In this document: positions 36,727-46,593 of the stretch, piece after piece | Position numbering within the stretch: position 1 is the stretch's first letter | Layout: each line of letters opens with the position of its first letter | Assembly (NCBI GenBank): GCA_963666485.2 | Contig: CAXXUO010000002.1 | Span: forward strand, 288,001 to 352,000 | DNA length: 64,000 nucleotides | DNA from: Syntrophorhabdaceae bacterium | Lineage (GTDB): Bacteria; Desulfobacterota; Syntrophorhabdia; Syntrophorhabdales; Syntrophorhabdaceae | Reading direction: 5' to 3' | The notes under the pieces: generated by a model | What the model was told of the DNA's origin: nothing | Databases searched by the model: none | Seen by the model: only the letters and a program-made list of their open reading frames with translations | Translations under genes and position numbers: made by a program

Positions 36727-37113
36727 GCCTGGCTCCTTTTAGCGGTTGGTACCGGGTCACCGCGCGATACCTGCATGATAACTTCCATCCGGAAATGATG
36801 ATGTTCGATAGCACGGTGAACTGCCATATGACCACATGTCCTGTGATCGTGAACAGGCTATCATGACGTGTGCGTTGACGGTTGTCGTCCATCTTAAGGG
36901 TTCTTCATAAACGTCCGTTTATTTACAATTCCACGAATGTCCCGGAGAAGGCCGGACGCATGGACGAACCTTCCGCACGATAGTCATATCTTTTTCATTT
37001 TGGTTGACGGGATTAGTCAATACCAGACTACAGAAATTCTCCCGGCTCCGGGCTATGATGGCTACGTTCAAAGACAATGATGTGCAGTCATACGGGCATA
37101 CGGAGGATATACC

Positions 37114-38832
37114 GTGACAATTCAAAGCCTTACGCGCAGGAAAGATGTCACCCTCATTATTTCGGAAAATTCCCGGGCACATGAAAAGAGCGATGCCGGG
37201 ACGGGCCTTCGCAAAGAACTCGGTGTGACCGATCTGGTGGCCTTTGGTATTGCACTCATCGTTGGAGCAGGGATCTTTTCAACCATCGGCAATGCCGCCT
37301 ATTGGGGAGGGCCTGCGGTTATATTCCTCTACATATTCATGGCGATTGCATGTGCCTGCACGGCCCTGTGCTATGCCGACTTCGCATCCCGCCTTCCCGT
37401 TGCCGGATCGGCGTATACATACTCCTACGTGGCTTTCGGGGAGATCGTCGCCTGGGTGATCGGCTGGACCCTGATAATGGAGTACACGATAGCCGCAAGC
37501 GCGGTCTCGATATCATGGAGCGATTACTTCACAGGTTTTATCTCGGGGTACGGTTTTAATGTGCCGCATTTCATGACCATGGACTATTTCAGTGCCTCGA
37601 AGGGCGCCCGGAGAATAACAGAGCTGTTAAGCCAGGGGCACACCCTCGAGTCTTTACGAAATACGGCGGGCATGGGAGGGTCATTACAGGCGTACGCAGC
37701 GTGGGAGTCGGCCCCGCGGTTCCTCGGGGTCCCGGTCGTTTTCGATCTGCCCGCGTTGTGCATCGTTTCCCTTATCACCATTTTAAGCTACGTCGGCATA
37801 CGCGAATCGAAGCGCGTCACGAACGGCATCGTCGCCATCAAGATCGCAACCATTCTGTTCGTCATCGTTGCAGGTGCCTTCTATATCAGGCCCGAAAACT
37901 GGAGTCCTTTCGCGCCAAACGGCATGAGCGGGGTTCTCAAAGGCGCTTCCGCCGTATTTTTTGCCTACCTGGGATTCGATGCCATATCGAATACCGCTGA
38001 AGAATGCAGGAACCCCCGGCGGGACCTCCCGCGCGGCATCATATATTCGCTCCTGATCTGTACGCTTCTTTACGTCGCGCTTGCGCTGGTTTTGACCGGA
38101 ATTGTCAATTACAGAAACCTGCGCGTGGGCGACCCCCTTGTAGCGGCCTTTGCCGCAGACGGCGCCAACCTGCAGTTCGTATCAGGCATTGTGGGCGCCA
38201 GCGCCGTCGTGACGATGGCGACGGTCGTCCTTGCCCTTATCATCAGCCAGCCCCGGGTGTTGATGTCCATGGGGAGGGATGGTCTTTTGCCGTCCATTTT
38301 TTCCTCGATCCACCCGAAGTTCCGCACACCGTGGTTTTCGACCATTCTTACAGGGATCGTCGTGGCCGTGCCGACGCAATTTATGAGCCTGACAGCGGTC
38401 ACTGACCTGACGAGTATCGGGACGCTCTTTGCTTTCATTCTCGTTTGCGGAGGCGTTCTCGTTCTTGACCGAAACCCGAATTTCCCCCGGGGAAGTTTCA
38501 GGCTCCTCTATATCAATTCGCAGTATATATTCACGCCCGTGATCGCAGCCATCATCGCGGGCCTCGCCATACACGACCCGAACGACGTGAGTGTATTCAA
38601 ACATCCGCACCTTATTGCATTCTACGGGGCCACCATATGCCTCGCGTACGTAAGCATCCGGAAAAAACTGTCCCTCATCCCCCTCATGGGCGTCGAGATA
38701 TGTTTCTATCTCATGACGGAACTGGGCAGCACCACGTGGACCGGCTTTATCATCTGGTTATCGATCGGCCTTCTCTGCTACTTCCTCTACGGAAGAAAAA
38801 ACAGCAGGTTGAACGGCCATGCACAGCACTAA
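37114..38832 (+). CDS. APC-family amino acid permease, paralogue of 31889-33640
   Basis: GIALIVGAGIF, AGSAYTY, FFAYLGFDA, NPRRDLP, RDGLLP; GTG start after GGAGG. Confidence 0.93.
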   Translation: MTIQSLTRRKDVTLIISENSRAHEKSDAGTGLRKELGVTDLVAFGIALIVGAGIFSTIGNAAYWGGPAVIFLYIFMAIACACTALCYADFASRLPVAGSAYTYSYVAFGEIVAWVIGWTLIMEYTIAASAVSISWSDYFTGFISGYGFNVPHFMTMDYFSASKGARRITELLSQGHTLESLRNTAGMGGSLQAYAAWESAPRFLGVPVVFDLPALCIVSLITILSYVGIRESKRVTNGIVAIKIATILFVIVAGAFYIRPENWSPFAPNGMSGVLKGASAVFFAYLGFDAISNTAEECRNPRRDLPRGIIYSLLICTLLYVALALVLTGIVNYRNLRVGDPLVAAFAADGANLQFVSGIVGASAVVTMATVVLALIISQPRVLMSMGRDGLLPSIFSSIHPKFRTPWFSTILTGIVVAVPTQFMSLTAVTDLTSIGTLFAFILVCGGVLVLDRNPNFPRGSFRLLYINSQYIFTPVIAAIIAGLAIHDPNDVSVFKHPHLIAFYGATICLAYVSIRKKLSLIPLMGVEICFYLMTELGSTTWTGFIIWLSIGLLCYFLYGRKNSRLNGHAQH

Positions 38833-38856
38833 AAAAATACTATCAGGAGGCAGTTT

Positions 38857-40572
38857 ATGGAGATCAAAGGCAAACGGATTCTTGTCCTCGGCGGATACGG
38901 GGAAGTAGGGTCGGCTGTCTGCCGCCAACTTCTCATTTATGAACCGGAAATGCTGGTCGTTACATCATTACGGCAATCAGAGGCACACGATGCAGCGAGG
39001 GAGCTGCAAGACGAATATCATTTGCCGTGTGAAATAAAACATGACTTCGGGAATCTTTTTGTCCGTTTCGAACATCGGGACAAGACGATAGACGCGATCA
39101 TCAAGGACCCGATGTTGCTGCGCCAGCTGGTCGATGACAACCTTGCCGAATTGAACAGGGAGATCCTCGGTTCGTCGACGCTGTACAGGCTCATAACCGA
39201 ATACAATCCGGATATCATCATCGATTGCATCAATACGGCGACGGCGCTGGCGTACAGGGATGTTTTCTACGCCTACAGCACGATGCGCGCGGACATGGCC
39301 GCTGGTGCTGCAAATGACGCCGCCGATGTCGGGTATTCGCTCCTTGCGACCATTGCTATTCCGCCGCTCATTCGCCACGTCCAGATCTTGAATGAGGCGA
39401 TGAAAAGGGTCGGCACCCAGGTTTATCTGAAAATAGGGACAACCGGTACCGGCGGAATGGGGCTTAATATACCGTTCACCCACGGGGAAGAAAGCCCGTC
39501 ACGGTTGCTCATGGCAAAGTCCGCACTTTCCGGCGCCCAAACAATGCTGCTCTTTACAATGAACAGGACGCCCGGCTGGCCGGTCATCAAGGAGATCAAG
39601 CCCGCTGCGATGATCGGATGGAAAGAGGTGGCAAAAGGTGCCATAACCCGCCCCGGGAAACAGTTCAACGCCTATGATTGTGATGGAACGGCGGCATATC
39701 CATTGACGCGGGGCCTCACGTTCCAGTTCAACGGGACGAAGCATGGCACACAGCTGCAGCAGAAGACGCTCGAAGGAATTTATGTCGATACGGGGGAGAA
39801 CGGGATATTCTCCCGTGACGAATTCAAGCTCATCACGGCACTCGGGCTTATGGAATTCGTTACGCCGGAAGAGATCGCCCATACCGCCATGCTTACGATA
39901 CTCGGTATCGATACATCGAAGGACGTCATCGGGGCAATTGAGGGAGCGGTCATGGACCCGAGCTACCAGGCCGGCTGCCTCAGGGACTCCGCAGTCAAGC
40001 GTATGGATGCCATGGGAAGACAGGGCGTCGGATATGGCTATTTAGGGCCGCATCCCACCAAACTTCTCTTTGAGGCAAGCCTTTTGCGCCAGTGCTTCGG
40101 AAATGTCGAGAACATCCTCGCCCTCACACCGGCGGAGCTTGCTTCGGCCCTGGAGGATTACGTTTATAACAACCAGGCATTCCGGATAAATCCGATCTCG
40201 ATCGGCATTCCCATTCTCGCGTCTGACGGGTCTAAACTTCTTTGCGCGACAAGGCCCAATCGGGACAAGAGCTGGGAAGTCGAACCCTGGGAGATAACCG
40301 ACGAGTCCATCGATACATTTGCCGCACGTGAATGGATAGACTTGAGGCCCCGCAACATGGCGCGGTGGCAGGACCGTTTCCGGAATGTTCTCGGTGAAGT
40401 GCTCTGTTCTTCTCTGTGCACAAGCTCCCGGTCCCACGGCGGAGAATGCATTGAAACACGGGATGGAGCAACACCGATCGATGCCGGCGAGGTCGTAGCG
40501 CGCGTCCTCATCGACGAGTTCGGTGGCGGCCGCAACAAGGCCTATACATCGGCGGGAGGAAAATACATATAG
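38857..40572 (+). CDS. large Rossmann-fold (SDR-like) oxidoreductase of unknown function
   Basis: N-terminal ILVLGGYGEVG dinucleotide-binding motif; IIDCINTAT; KIGTTGTGGMGLNIP.THGEE; CAGGAGG RBS. Confidence 0.75.
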   Translation: MEIKGKRILVLGGYGEVGSAVCRQLLIYEPEMLVVTSLRQSEAHDAARELQDEYHLPCEIKHDFGNLFVRFEHRDKTIDAIIKDPMLLRQLVDDNLAELNREILGSSTLYRLITEYNPDIIIDCINTATALAYRDVFYAYSTMRADMAAGAANDAADVGYSLLATIAIPPLIRHVQILNEAMKRVGTQVYLKIGTTGTGGMGLNIPFTHGEESPSRLLMAKSALSGAQTMLLFTMNRTPGWPVIKEIKPAAMIGWKEVAKGAITRPGKQFNAYDCDGTAAYPLTRGLTFQFNGTKHGTQLQQKTLEGIYVDTGENGIFSRDEFKLITALGLMEFVTPEEIAHTAMLTILGIDTSKDVIGAIEGAVMDPSYQAGCLRDSAVKRMDAMGRQGVGYGYLGPHPTKLLFEASLLRQCFGNVENILALTPAELASALEDYVYNNQAFRINPISIGIPILASDGSKLLCATRPNRDKSWEVEPWEITDESIDTFAAREWIDLRPRNMARWQDRFRNVLGEVLCSSLCTSSRSHGGECIETRDGATPIDAGEVVARVLIDEFGGGRNKAYTSAGGKYI

Positions 40573-40748
40573 CGATAACTCTCAATGTACCGGTGTCTGC
40601 ACCCTCTTGATAGATGGTCAAACAAAGAGTCCTCCGTGCATTACCCTGCATCATACCGCAGGCACCGGTACATGTTTTGTACCTTCCGGCATTGCCTGAT
40701 ACGTCCCGCATGACTGAAAAATCTCATGATGCCTGACGGGGAATTCTC

Positions 40749-41270
40749 TTGGGAGCAATTGTTCACGCAATCAAAGCCCGATATCTATGGAATGCAGTCC
40801 TTATAGTCATCATTTCCGTGTCCGTGACCGTTCCTGCTTCCGTCCTGTATTGTCATCGGGCATACGCGGATTCGGCCCGGTCGGCCATCCAGATATCGGC
40901 GAGAGTCTTATCACATTTTCATATCACGATGATCCACCAGGTATCACAGATCGAGATAACGCGGACGGATATTAAGCGGGGATATAAAGACATTGCCAAC
41001 GCATTGCATTTCGAGGTAGCCAGCAACAACCCGCACGGGTATACACTGGTGTTTGGTCAGCAGTGTCCTGCATTCAAGGGGATACACGCAAGGACCGGAG
41101 GAACAGATATCTACATCGATGGGTGTCAGGGTATGATCAAAAGGCCCTGCGCCAGGGGCCCTGAGGTCGTTACGTTCAGTTACCGGCTGATCCTGTCAGA
41201 CCATGTTGAACCGGGCACATACGCATCCCCCGTATATGTTCGACCTACGGACGTTGTGCCCGATTCGTAA
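40749..41270 (+). CDS. hypothetical exported beta-rich protein
   Basis: Hydrophobic N-terminus ending AYA-D; beta-strand pattern ending in EPGTYASPV; start uncertain. Confidence 0.6.
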   Translation: MGAIVHAIKARYLWNAVLIVIISVSVTVPASVLYCHRAYADSARSAIQISARVLSHFHITMIHQVSQIEITRTDIKRGYKDIANALHFEVASNNPHGYTLVFGQQCPAFKGIHARTGGTDIYIDGCQGMIKRPCARGPEVVTFSYRLILSDHVEPGTYASPVYVRPTDVVPDS

Positions 41271-41535
41271 CAGGACCATGAACGCGATCGTATTCTTCGC
41301 AGCGAGGTTACCATTCCCCCCAGGGATCGAAGGTGCGCCAATAATGGTCGTCGCAATACGTGCAAGATCCATATATAAAGCAATCGGCCTTTACAGGGTG
41401 AGAACAATGTTTAAAGAAAGTGTAAGGCGAATTAACGTAGGTACCCCGTGCGAGCCATACGGAAGTCTCTACTTTTTCCTTTAACTGTATAGCTTCGTCA
41501 GTAGTGTGAGGAGAATAAAATCCAGTAATCATGTT

Positions 41536-43095
41536 TTACTTGTACAAAAAAGCTTCCGCGTCATTTTTAATCGCGCTTATATCCGAAACATTGATATACC
41601 CGTTATTATTCCGGCGATGAACCAACTTTCCCTCTAAATACGTAGCTTTTATATTACGATCATCGCCCAATGTCATGACCACAAATAATTTTTCCGCGAA
41701 ACCCTGGGCTGGCGATATCTCACGTCTGTCAATCCTTGCATTTATGCTATCAATCCGCAGGTTCTGCAATTCTGTTTCCGCAAATGCCAGTACAATAAAA
41801 TCGGCTTCATTGCCGGGCCGGAAAGTGCCTATCTTGTCTTCAAGCCCTAAAACGAGAGCACCGCCAAGCGTAGCCTGGTACAGTCCTTCAAATACCGATA
41901 ATGGGATTTTCACAGGCATTTCGTTCTGCTGCAGCAAGACAACTTTGTAAGCCTCATTCAACGTTTGGAGCATATTAAATGTCGAGCCCCCTCCGACATC
42001 TGTTCCCATGCCGAGTTTTATTTCACGCCCTTTTTTCTTGGCGTCCCGCAGCTTAAAAAGACCGCTTCCCAGGAATAAATTTGAAGTTGGGCAAAATATA
42101 ACGGCTGATCCCGTGTCATGCAGCATCTGGAATTCCGCGTCGCTCAAGTGTATGCCATGAGCGAAAATGCTGCGATTCCCCGTCAAGTTGAATTTATGAT
42201 AAACATCGAGGTAATTCTTGCTATCCGGAAAGAGGGATTTGACCCATTCGCATTCGGCAAGGTTCTCCGAAAGGTGCGTATGCACATAGGCCGTTGGGTA
42301 TTCCTTTGCAAGCTTCGAAGCCATGATTAATTGCCCGGGCGTCGAAGTAGGTGCAAATCGGGGTGTAATTGCATACAATAAACGTCCCCGGCCATGCCAT
42401 TTCTCCATAAGCTCCTTGGATTGTTCATAGCTGGTTTGTGCTGTGTCGAGAAGATAGTCTGGCGCATTTCTGTCCATCATCACCTTGCCGGCAATAAGCC
42501 GCATGTTCAACTTTAAAGCTTCGTTAAACAATGCATCGACTGATTGAGGATGCACGGTACCCAGGACAAGTGCTGTAGTCGTTCCATTTCGAAGCAATTC
42601 TTTTAAGAACATTTTCGATATTTTATGTGCATGCTCGTATTTTTCGAATTGTCTTTCCGTGGGAAAAGTATACAACGTTAACCATTCAAGCAATTGCTGA
42701 CCATAAGATCCTATGATTTCGGTCTGAGGATAATGTATGTGACTATCTATAAATCCCGGCATGATCAGGTCATTTTTATATTCGGAATTAATCTCCGATG
42801 TGCCGGCCAATTCAACCAATTGATCCTTCAGAATGTTATATTCATCAACGGCCGCTATTTTCCCCTTTACAACAACCAATAACCCATCGTCAATATACCT
42901 GTATGATTCGTCTGGCCGGGCTGTTTTTACCGGGTCATCGATAAAATAGAGAATTCGTGCACGAAATGAACCGGAAGCATCTGATGAAAGTATCTTTTGA
43001 TCCTTAGCATTACCATTCACAGCATCAACACCAATCATGATAAACGCCATCATCAAGATTATTACTAAAACCCTGGGAAAATATTGCTTTGTCAA
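41536..43095 (-). CDS. guaD: guanine deaminase with N-terminal signal-like extension
   Basis: PGFIDSHIHYPQ, QLLEWL..YTFP.E, YAITPRFAPTS, HTHLSEN, AHGIHL, FCPTSNLFLGSGLF, GTDVGGG, LGDDR. Confidence 0.93.
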   Translation of the reverse strand: MTKQYFPRVLVIILMMAFIMIGVDAVNGNAKDQKILSSDASGSFRARILYFIDDPVKTARPDESYRYIDDGLLVVVKGKIAAVDEYNILKDQLVELAGTSEINSEYKNDLIMPGFIDSHIHYPQTEIIGSYGQQLLEWLTLYTFPTERQFEKYEHAHKISKMFLKELLRNGTTTALVLGTVHPQSVDALFNEALKLNMRLIAGKVMMDRNAPDYLLDTAQTSYEQSKELMEKWHGRGRLLYAITPRFAPTSTPGQLIMASKLAKEYPTAYVHTHLSENLAECEWVKSLFPDSKNYLDVYHKFNLTGNRSIFAHGIHLSDAEFQMLHDTGSAVIFCPTSNLFLGSGLFKLRDAKKKGREIKLGMGTDVGGGSTFNMLQTLNEAYKVVLLQQNEMPVKIPLSVFEGLYQATLGGALVLGLEDKIGTFRPGNEADFIVLAFAETELQNLRIDSINARIDRREISPAQGFAEKLFVVMTLGDDRNIKATYLEGKLVHRRNNNGYINVSDISAIKNDAEAFLYK

Positions 43096-43229
43096 GATAA
43101 CCCCCTAGCTTGGGTATAATCACATGCAACCGTCAACATGCAGACAAAGATGATGCCGATAACTACCGCCTTTGCCTGGAAGGATTTCAATAGGGTAATT
43201 CCCTTTTTTTCCAATTTTTTCTGCTCCAT
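43092..43229 (-). CDS. 45-aa lipoprotein-signal-like ORF (mini-protein or truncated lipoprotein gene)
   Basis: MEQKKLEKKGITLLKSFQAKAVVIGIIFVCMLTVACDYTQARGLS*; its TGA overlaps the TTG start of guaD. Confidence 0.35.
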   Translation of the reverse strand: MEQKKLEKKGITLLKSFQAKAVVIGIIFVCMLTVACDYTQARGLS

Positions 43230-43433
43230 CGGGCAAAAGTATCACAATGCAAATAATCGTGTGAATCGTTCTGTTTAGAGTTTTTTCGTAGTTAGGTATC
43301 GATGTTTACCGGGACAAGCACTCTTGCCTTGAAGTGTGAAATTACGAAGATAAAGTCCTGACTACCTAATCTATCAATAATGTGCGACATCAGACATTTT
43401 AGAGGCGTGCTACCTTTTGTCAAAGGAATACGA

Positions 43434-45011
43434 ATGGATATCCGGCACGCCATGCACCTGGCCCTATCGGGTAGAACAATTGAGCCCGGGAAGGAACGAG
43501 GTATCGGGCGGTATACATGGATAGTGTTCAGCGTTGCGTTGAGCTCATTTATTATCAGGCTGAATATGGCCAGTATCAATGTCTCCCTGCCAACCATCTC
43601 GCAATATTTTGACGTCGACGTAACGGTCGTTTCAAAACTGGTTACAGGATATTTCATCGTTATTACGAGCGCGCTTCTTTTGCTTGGAAATATCTCCGAC
43701 CGGGTCGGGCTGAAAAAGATATTTCTCCTTGGGTCCATAGTACTGGCCACCGGTTCCCTCCTGTGCGGCCTGGCCCCCTGTTTCTGGATGCTTCTGGGTT
43801 CCCGGTTTATTCAGGGTACAGGCGCGGCTATGCTTCTTGCCACGAGCTATGCAATAATCTCGCGTTTCCTGCCCCCCGACCGGGTAGGCTCGGCATTCGG
43901 GATTACCACGACCGCATCCGCCCTCGGCGTTGCCCTCGGAGCCCCTTTAGGCGGATTTTTTACGGATCATATTTCCTGGCACTCTGTTTTCTTCTTCAAT
44001 GTTCCGGCTTGCCTGGTTGCCATGATCATTGGTTTTAAGCATATACCGAATGACACGGACAAAGATCTTACGGAAGGCAGCGTGAAGAAGCCATTTGACA
44101 TAACGGGCGCCTGCCTCAGCGCCCTGGGTTTGGCCCTGTTTCTTTACGGTGTGAACAGGGGAAACCACGCCGGGTGGCTCTCCCCGGTCACTGTTGTATG
44201 TATCCTGACAGGTATCGCAATTCTCGTCGTCTTCGTGGCCAGAGACAGGAAGCGCAAGGAAAGTTTTCTCCAGCTGGAGCTTCTTAATGATCGCCGCTTT
44301 CGATTTTCAATGATAGCAACATTTTTTTCTTACGTTATGTTGTCGGGCAATGCATTCATTCTTCCGTTTTACCTGAATACGATACAGGGCCTGAATGCCG
44401 GGCAGACAGGTATCGCATTGCTCTTCTATGCTCTCACATTTGTTTTCCTGTCCTCTTATGCCGGCAGGCTTGCCGATTGTGTCAGGCCTGCAGGTCTTTG
44501 CATGGTTGCCATGCTATCCGCATCCGCCTGCACGTTCATTTACTCTGTAACCTTGCACCAGGCGGGGTTATTTTCCACCTTGTCATTTCTGTTGGTGTTC
44601 GGCACCTCATATGTATTCTTTTATACTCCGAATAATAAGCACGTGATGGAGCAGGCACCCCGGGACAGGCAGGGCCGTGTTTCGGGCCTTTTTGTGATGA
44701 TTGGCAATCTCGGAATGATTTTCGGAATTTCGGTATTTGAAACCGCGTTTTCCCGGTCTGTGCCCCCCGAAGAATTAGCAAAGGCCGCTGGCAGCTACTC
44801 TGCAATACCAAAGTCCCTCCTCCTGTCCGGCTTCAGCAATGCCTACATCGTTGGTGCCATCTGCTGCGCATTGGCCGCGGTCGCAATGTATTTAAGCCCT
44901 GCAAAAAACAGGCATCCTCTCGAGGCCGCCTTTCGCGAGCTACGTCTATTGCGTTGTCTGCAGGGGGAAAACCCAAAAAGGGACTCCGTTCACGAACCAC
45001 CAAGATCATAA
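43434..45011 (+). CDS. MFS exporter, DHA2 family, paralogue of 26456-27901
   Basis: INVSLPTI, GNISDRVGLKK, RFIQGTGA, AFGITTTASALGVA, FFNVP, FDITGA; start set to MDIRH after AAAGGA. Confidence 0.92.
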   Translation: MDIRHAMHLALSGRTIEPGKERGIGRYTWIVFSVALSSFIIRLNMASINVSLPTISQYFDVDVTVVSKLVTGYFIVITSALLLLGNISDRVGLKKIFLLGSIVLATGSLLCGLAPCFWMLLGSRFIQGTGAAMLLATSYAIISRFLPPDRVGSAFGITTTASALGVALGAPLGGFFTDHISWHSVFFFNVPACLVAMIIGFKHIPNDTDKDLTEGSVKKPFDITGACLSALGLALFLYGVNRGNHAGWLSPVTVVCILTGIAILVVFVARDRKRKESFLQLELLNDRRFRFSMIATFFSYVMLSGNAFILPFYLNTIQGLNAGQTGIALLFYALTFVFLSSYAGRLADCVRPAGLCMVAMLSASACTFIYSVTLHQAGLFSTLSFLLVFGTSYVFFYTPNNKHVMEQAPRDRQGRVSGLFVMIGNLGMIFGISVFETAFSRSVPPEELAKAAGSYSAIPKSLLLSGFSNAYIVGAICCALAAVAMYLSPAKNRHPLEAAFRELRLLRCLQGENPKRDSVHEPPRS

Positions 45012-45127
45012 GCCTCCTCTTTAGAGAGGCTATCGGAAGTAATGGAACGAGCCGATTGAAAGATAGGGCTGACCTCGATCAGGCGGCCCTCTAAAACTAC
45101 CGGATAGATTAAACACTGGAGAGCCTT

Positions 45128-45697
45128 GTGATAGACACATTCCTTCTGACATTCATCCCTTTATTCGTAGCCTTTGATGTTCTTGGGCTTTTGCCTCTGT
45201 ACATAAAGTTTACTATGTCGATGGATGAAGGACACCGTGCAAGGCTCCTTCGGGACTCGTTGTTGACTGCCTTTATTATATCGCTCGTTTTTGTTGTGAT
45301 AGGAAACCGCGTCATGACCTGTCTCGGGATATCGATGAAGGATTTTCTCATTGCCGGAGGCATTGTTATCTTCATCACGGCGGTGAAGGACCTGATCGCG
45401 GGCCACGGTAAACCGGAAGACTCCGAGCTCATGGGGATCGTCCCACTCGGCGTACCCCTTCTCGCCGGGCCGGCCGTCCTGGCAACATCCATTATTATCT
45501 GGAAGCAATGCCCCGTTCATTATTACCTCATATCCCTTATCCTGAACATTATCATATGCTGGGTAGTTCTGCGTTTTTCTGGCCTCCTCTTGAAGGTCCT
45601 GGGCCCCCGGGTGATCGAGGCCCTGTCCAAGGTGATGGGGCTTGTCGTGGCCTCAATCGCCATTATGTTCATCCGCAGGGGATTGGAAGGGTTCTAG
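45128..45697 (+). CDS. MarC family membrane protein
   Basis: FIPLFVAFD.LG.LP.Y, F.IAGG, IVPLGVPLLAGP, KVMGL.VA.IA. Confidence 0.92.
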   Translation: MIDTFLLTFIPLFVAFDVLGLLPLYIKFTMSMDEGHRARLLRDSLLTAFIISLVFVVIGNRVMTCLGISMKDFLIAGGIVIFITAVKDLIAGHGKPEDSELMGIVPLGVPLLAGPAVLATSIIIWKQCPVHYYLISLILNIIICWVVLRFSGLLLKVLGPRVIEALSKVMGLVVASIAIMFIRRGLEGF

Positions 45698-45712
45698 TCA
45701 GGACTTGATTCT

Positions 45713-46423
45713 TTATATAATACGCCCCACATCAAGAATCGTGGCGTAGATCATAACGGCCGCCATGAAAACCCAACCGGCAACCGCGAGCGGATAATGG
45801 AGCTTGACGAATTTCCTGTTGAGCTTCTCCAGTGAATACAGCACTATCTTTCCTCCGTCAAGGACGGGTATGGGTAAGAGGTTGAGAACGGCTAGGTTGA
45901 TGCTCACAAATCCCGCGAAGGAAAGCAGGTTTTCAATGCTCGACCCTATATAGCGGCCGCCCTGAGAGACAACCCCGGCAATCCCCGACAATTCCCCGTG
46001 ATGCGAGAAGAGCAAAGGCATGATGGACGCGGTCCTCCAAAAAATCTCCGCCGTCCGGGCAAAGGGGTTGATGACGACCGTGTCGATCCCGAAACCGGAA
46101 CGGAGAACCCCGGCAAAGGCAAAGCAGAAGAGCGGCAGAACAAGGCTTGCCGCCGGCCCGCCTGCTGCCAGCATGACCCGGCTTAAAATGGGAAGATCGA
46201 AGAAGGCGTTTTCGTCCTCGATATCGGGCATGACGTATCCGCCGAGCGGAACGAGGGAAAAACGGTACTCCGTCCCTCCCCGCGTCATTCCGAAAAGCCT
46301 CGGGCCAAAACCGACGGAAAAGACCCTGACCGATATCCCGGTCAACTTCGCCGCGACAAGATGCCCGAACTCATGGGCAAGTATCACGAAACCGACAGCG
46401 AACACCGCATAAACATAACCCAT
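45713..46423 (-). CDS. site-2 protease (M50, RseP-like, no PDZ)
   Basis: HEFGH, FSVGFGP, PLGGYV, GGP, NLLPIPVLDGG; start set to MGYVY after AAAGGAG. Confidence 0.92.
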   Translation of the reverse strand: MGYVYAVFAVGFVILAHEFGHLVAAKLTGISVRVFSVGFGPRLFGMTRGGTEYRFSLVPLGGYVMPDIEDENAFFDLPILSRVMLAAGGPAASLVLPLFCFAFAGVLRSGFGIDTVVINPFARTAEIFWRTASIMPLLFSHHGELSGIAGVVSQGGRYIGSSIENLLSFAGFVSINLAVLNLLPIPVLDGGKIVLYSLEKLNRKFVKLHYPLAVAGWVFMAAVMIYATILDVGRII

Positions 46424-46593
46424 TGATCGTACTCCTTTAATTTTCGAGACAATACAACGTTCAAGCAGAAAAGTAAACGGGCCCGGCAAAGGAAATGAAC
46501 GTTCCACCCGTCTGGTTTGACGAATCGTCAATAAACGACAGCAGATGTCAACTGGGAATGACACGCGCACATGGGGTAGTTATAGTGACTCCG

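Noticed and set aside
41203..41532. Small ORFs between the exported protein and guaD
   Set aside because: Overlapping short ORFs on both strands with no motifs or convincing coding signal.
43230..43430. Purine riboswitch upstream of guaD
   Set aside because: I could not find the conserved aptamer motifs by eye; an Infernal scan would settle it.
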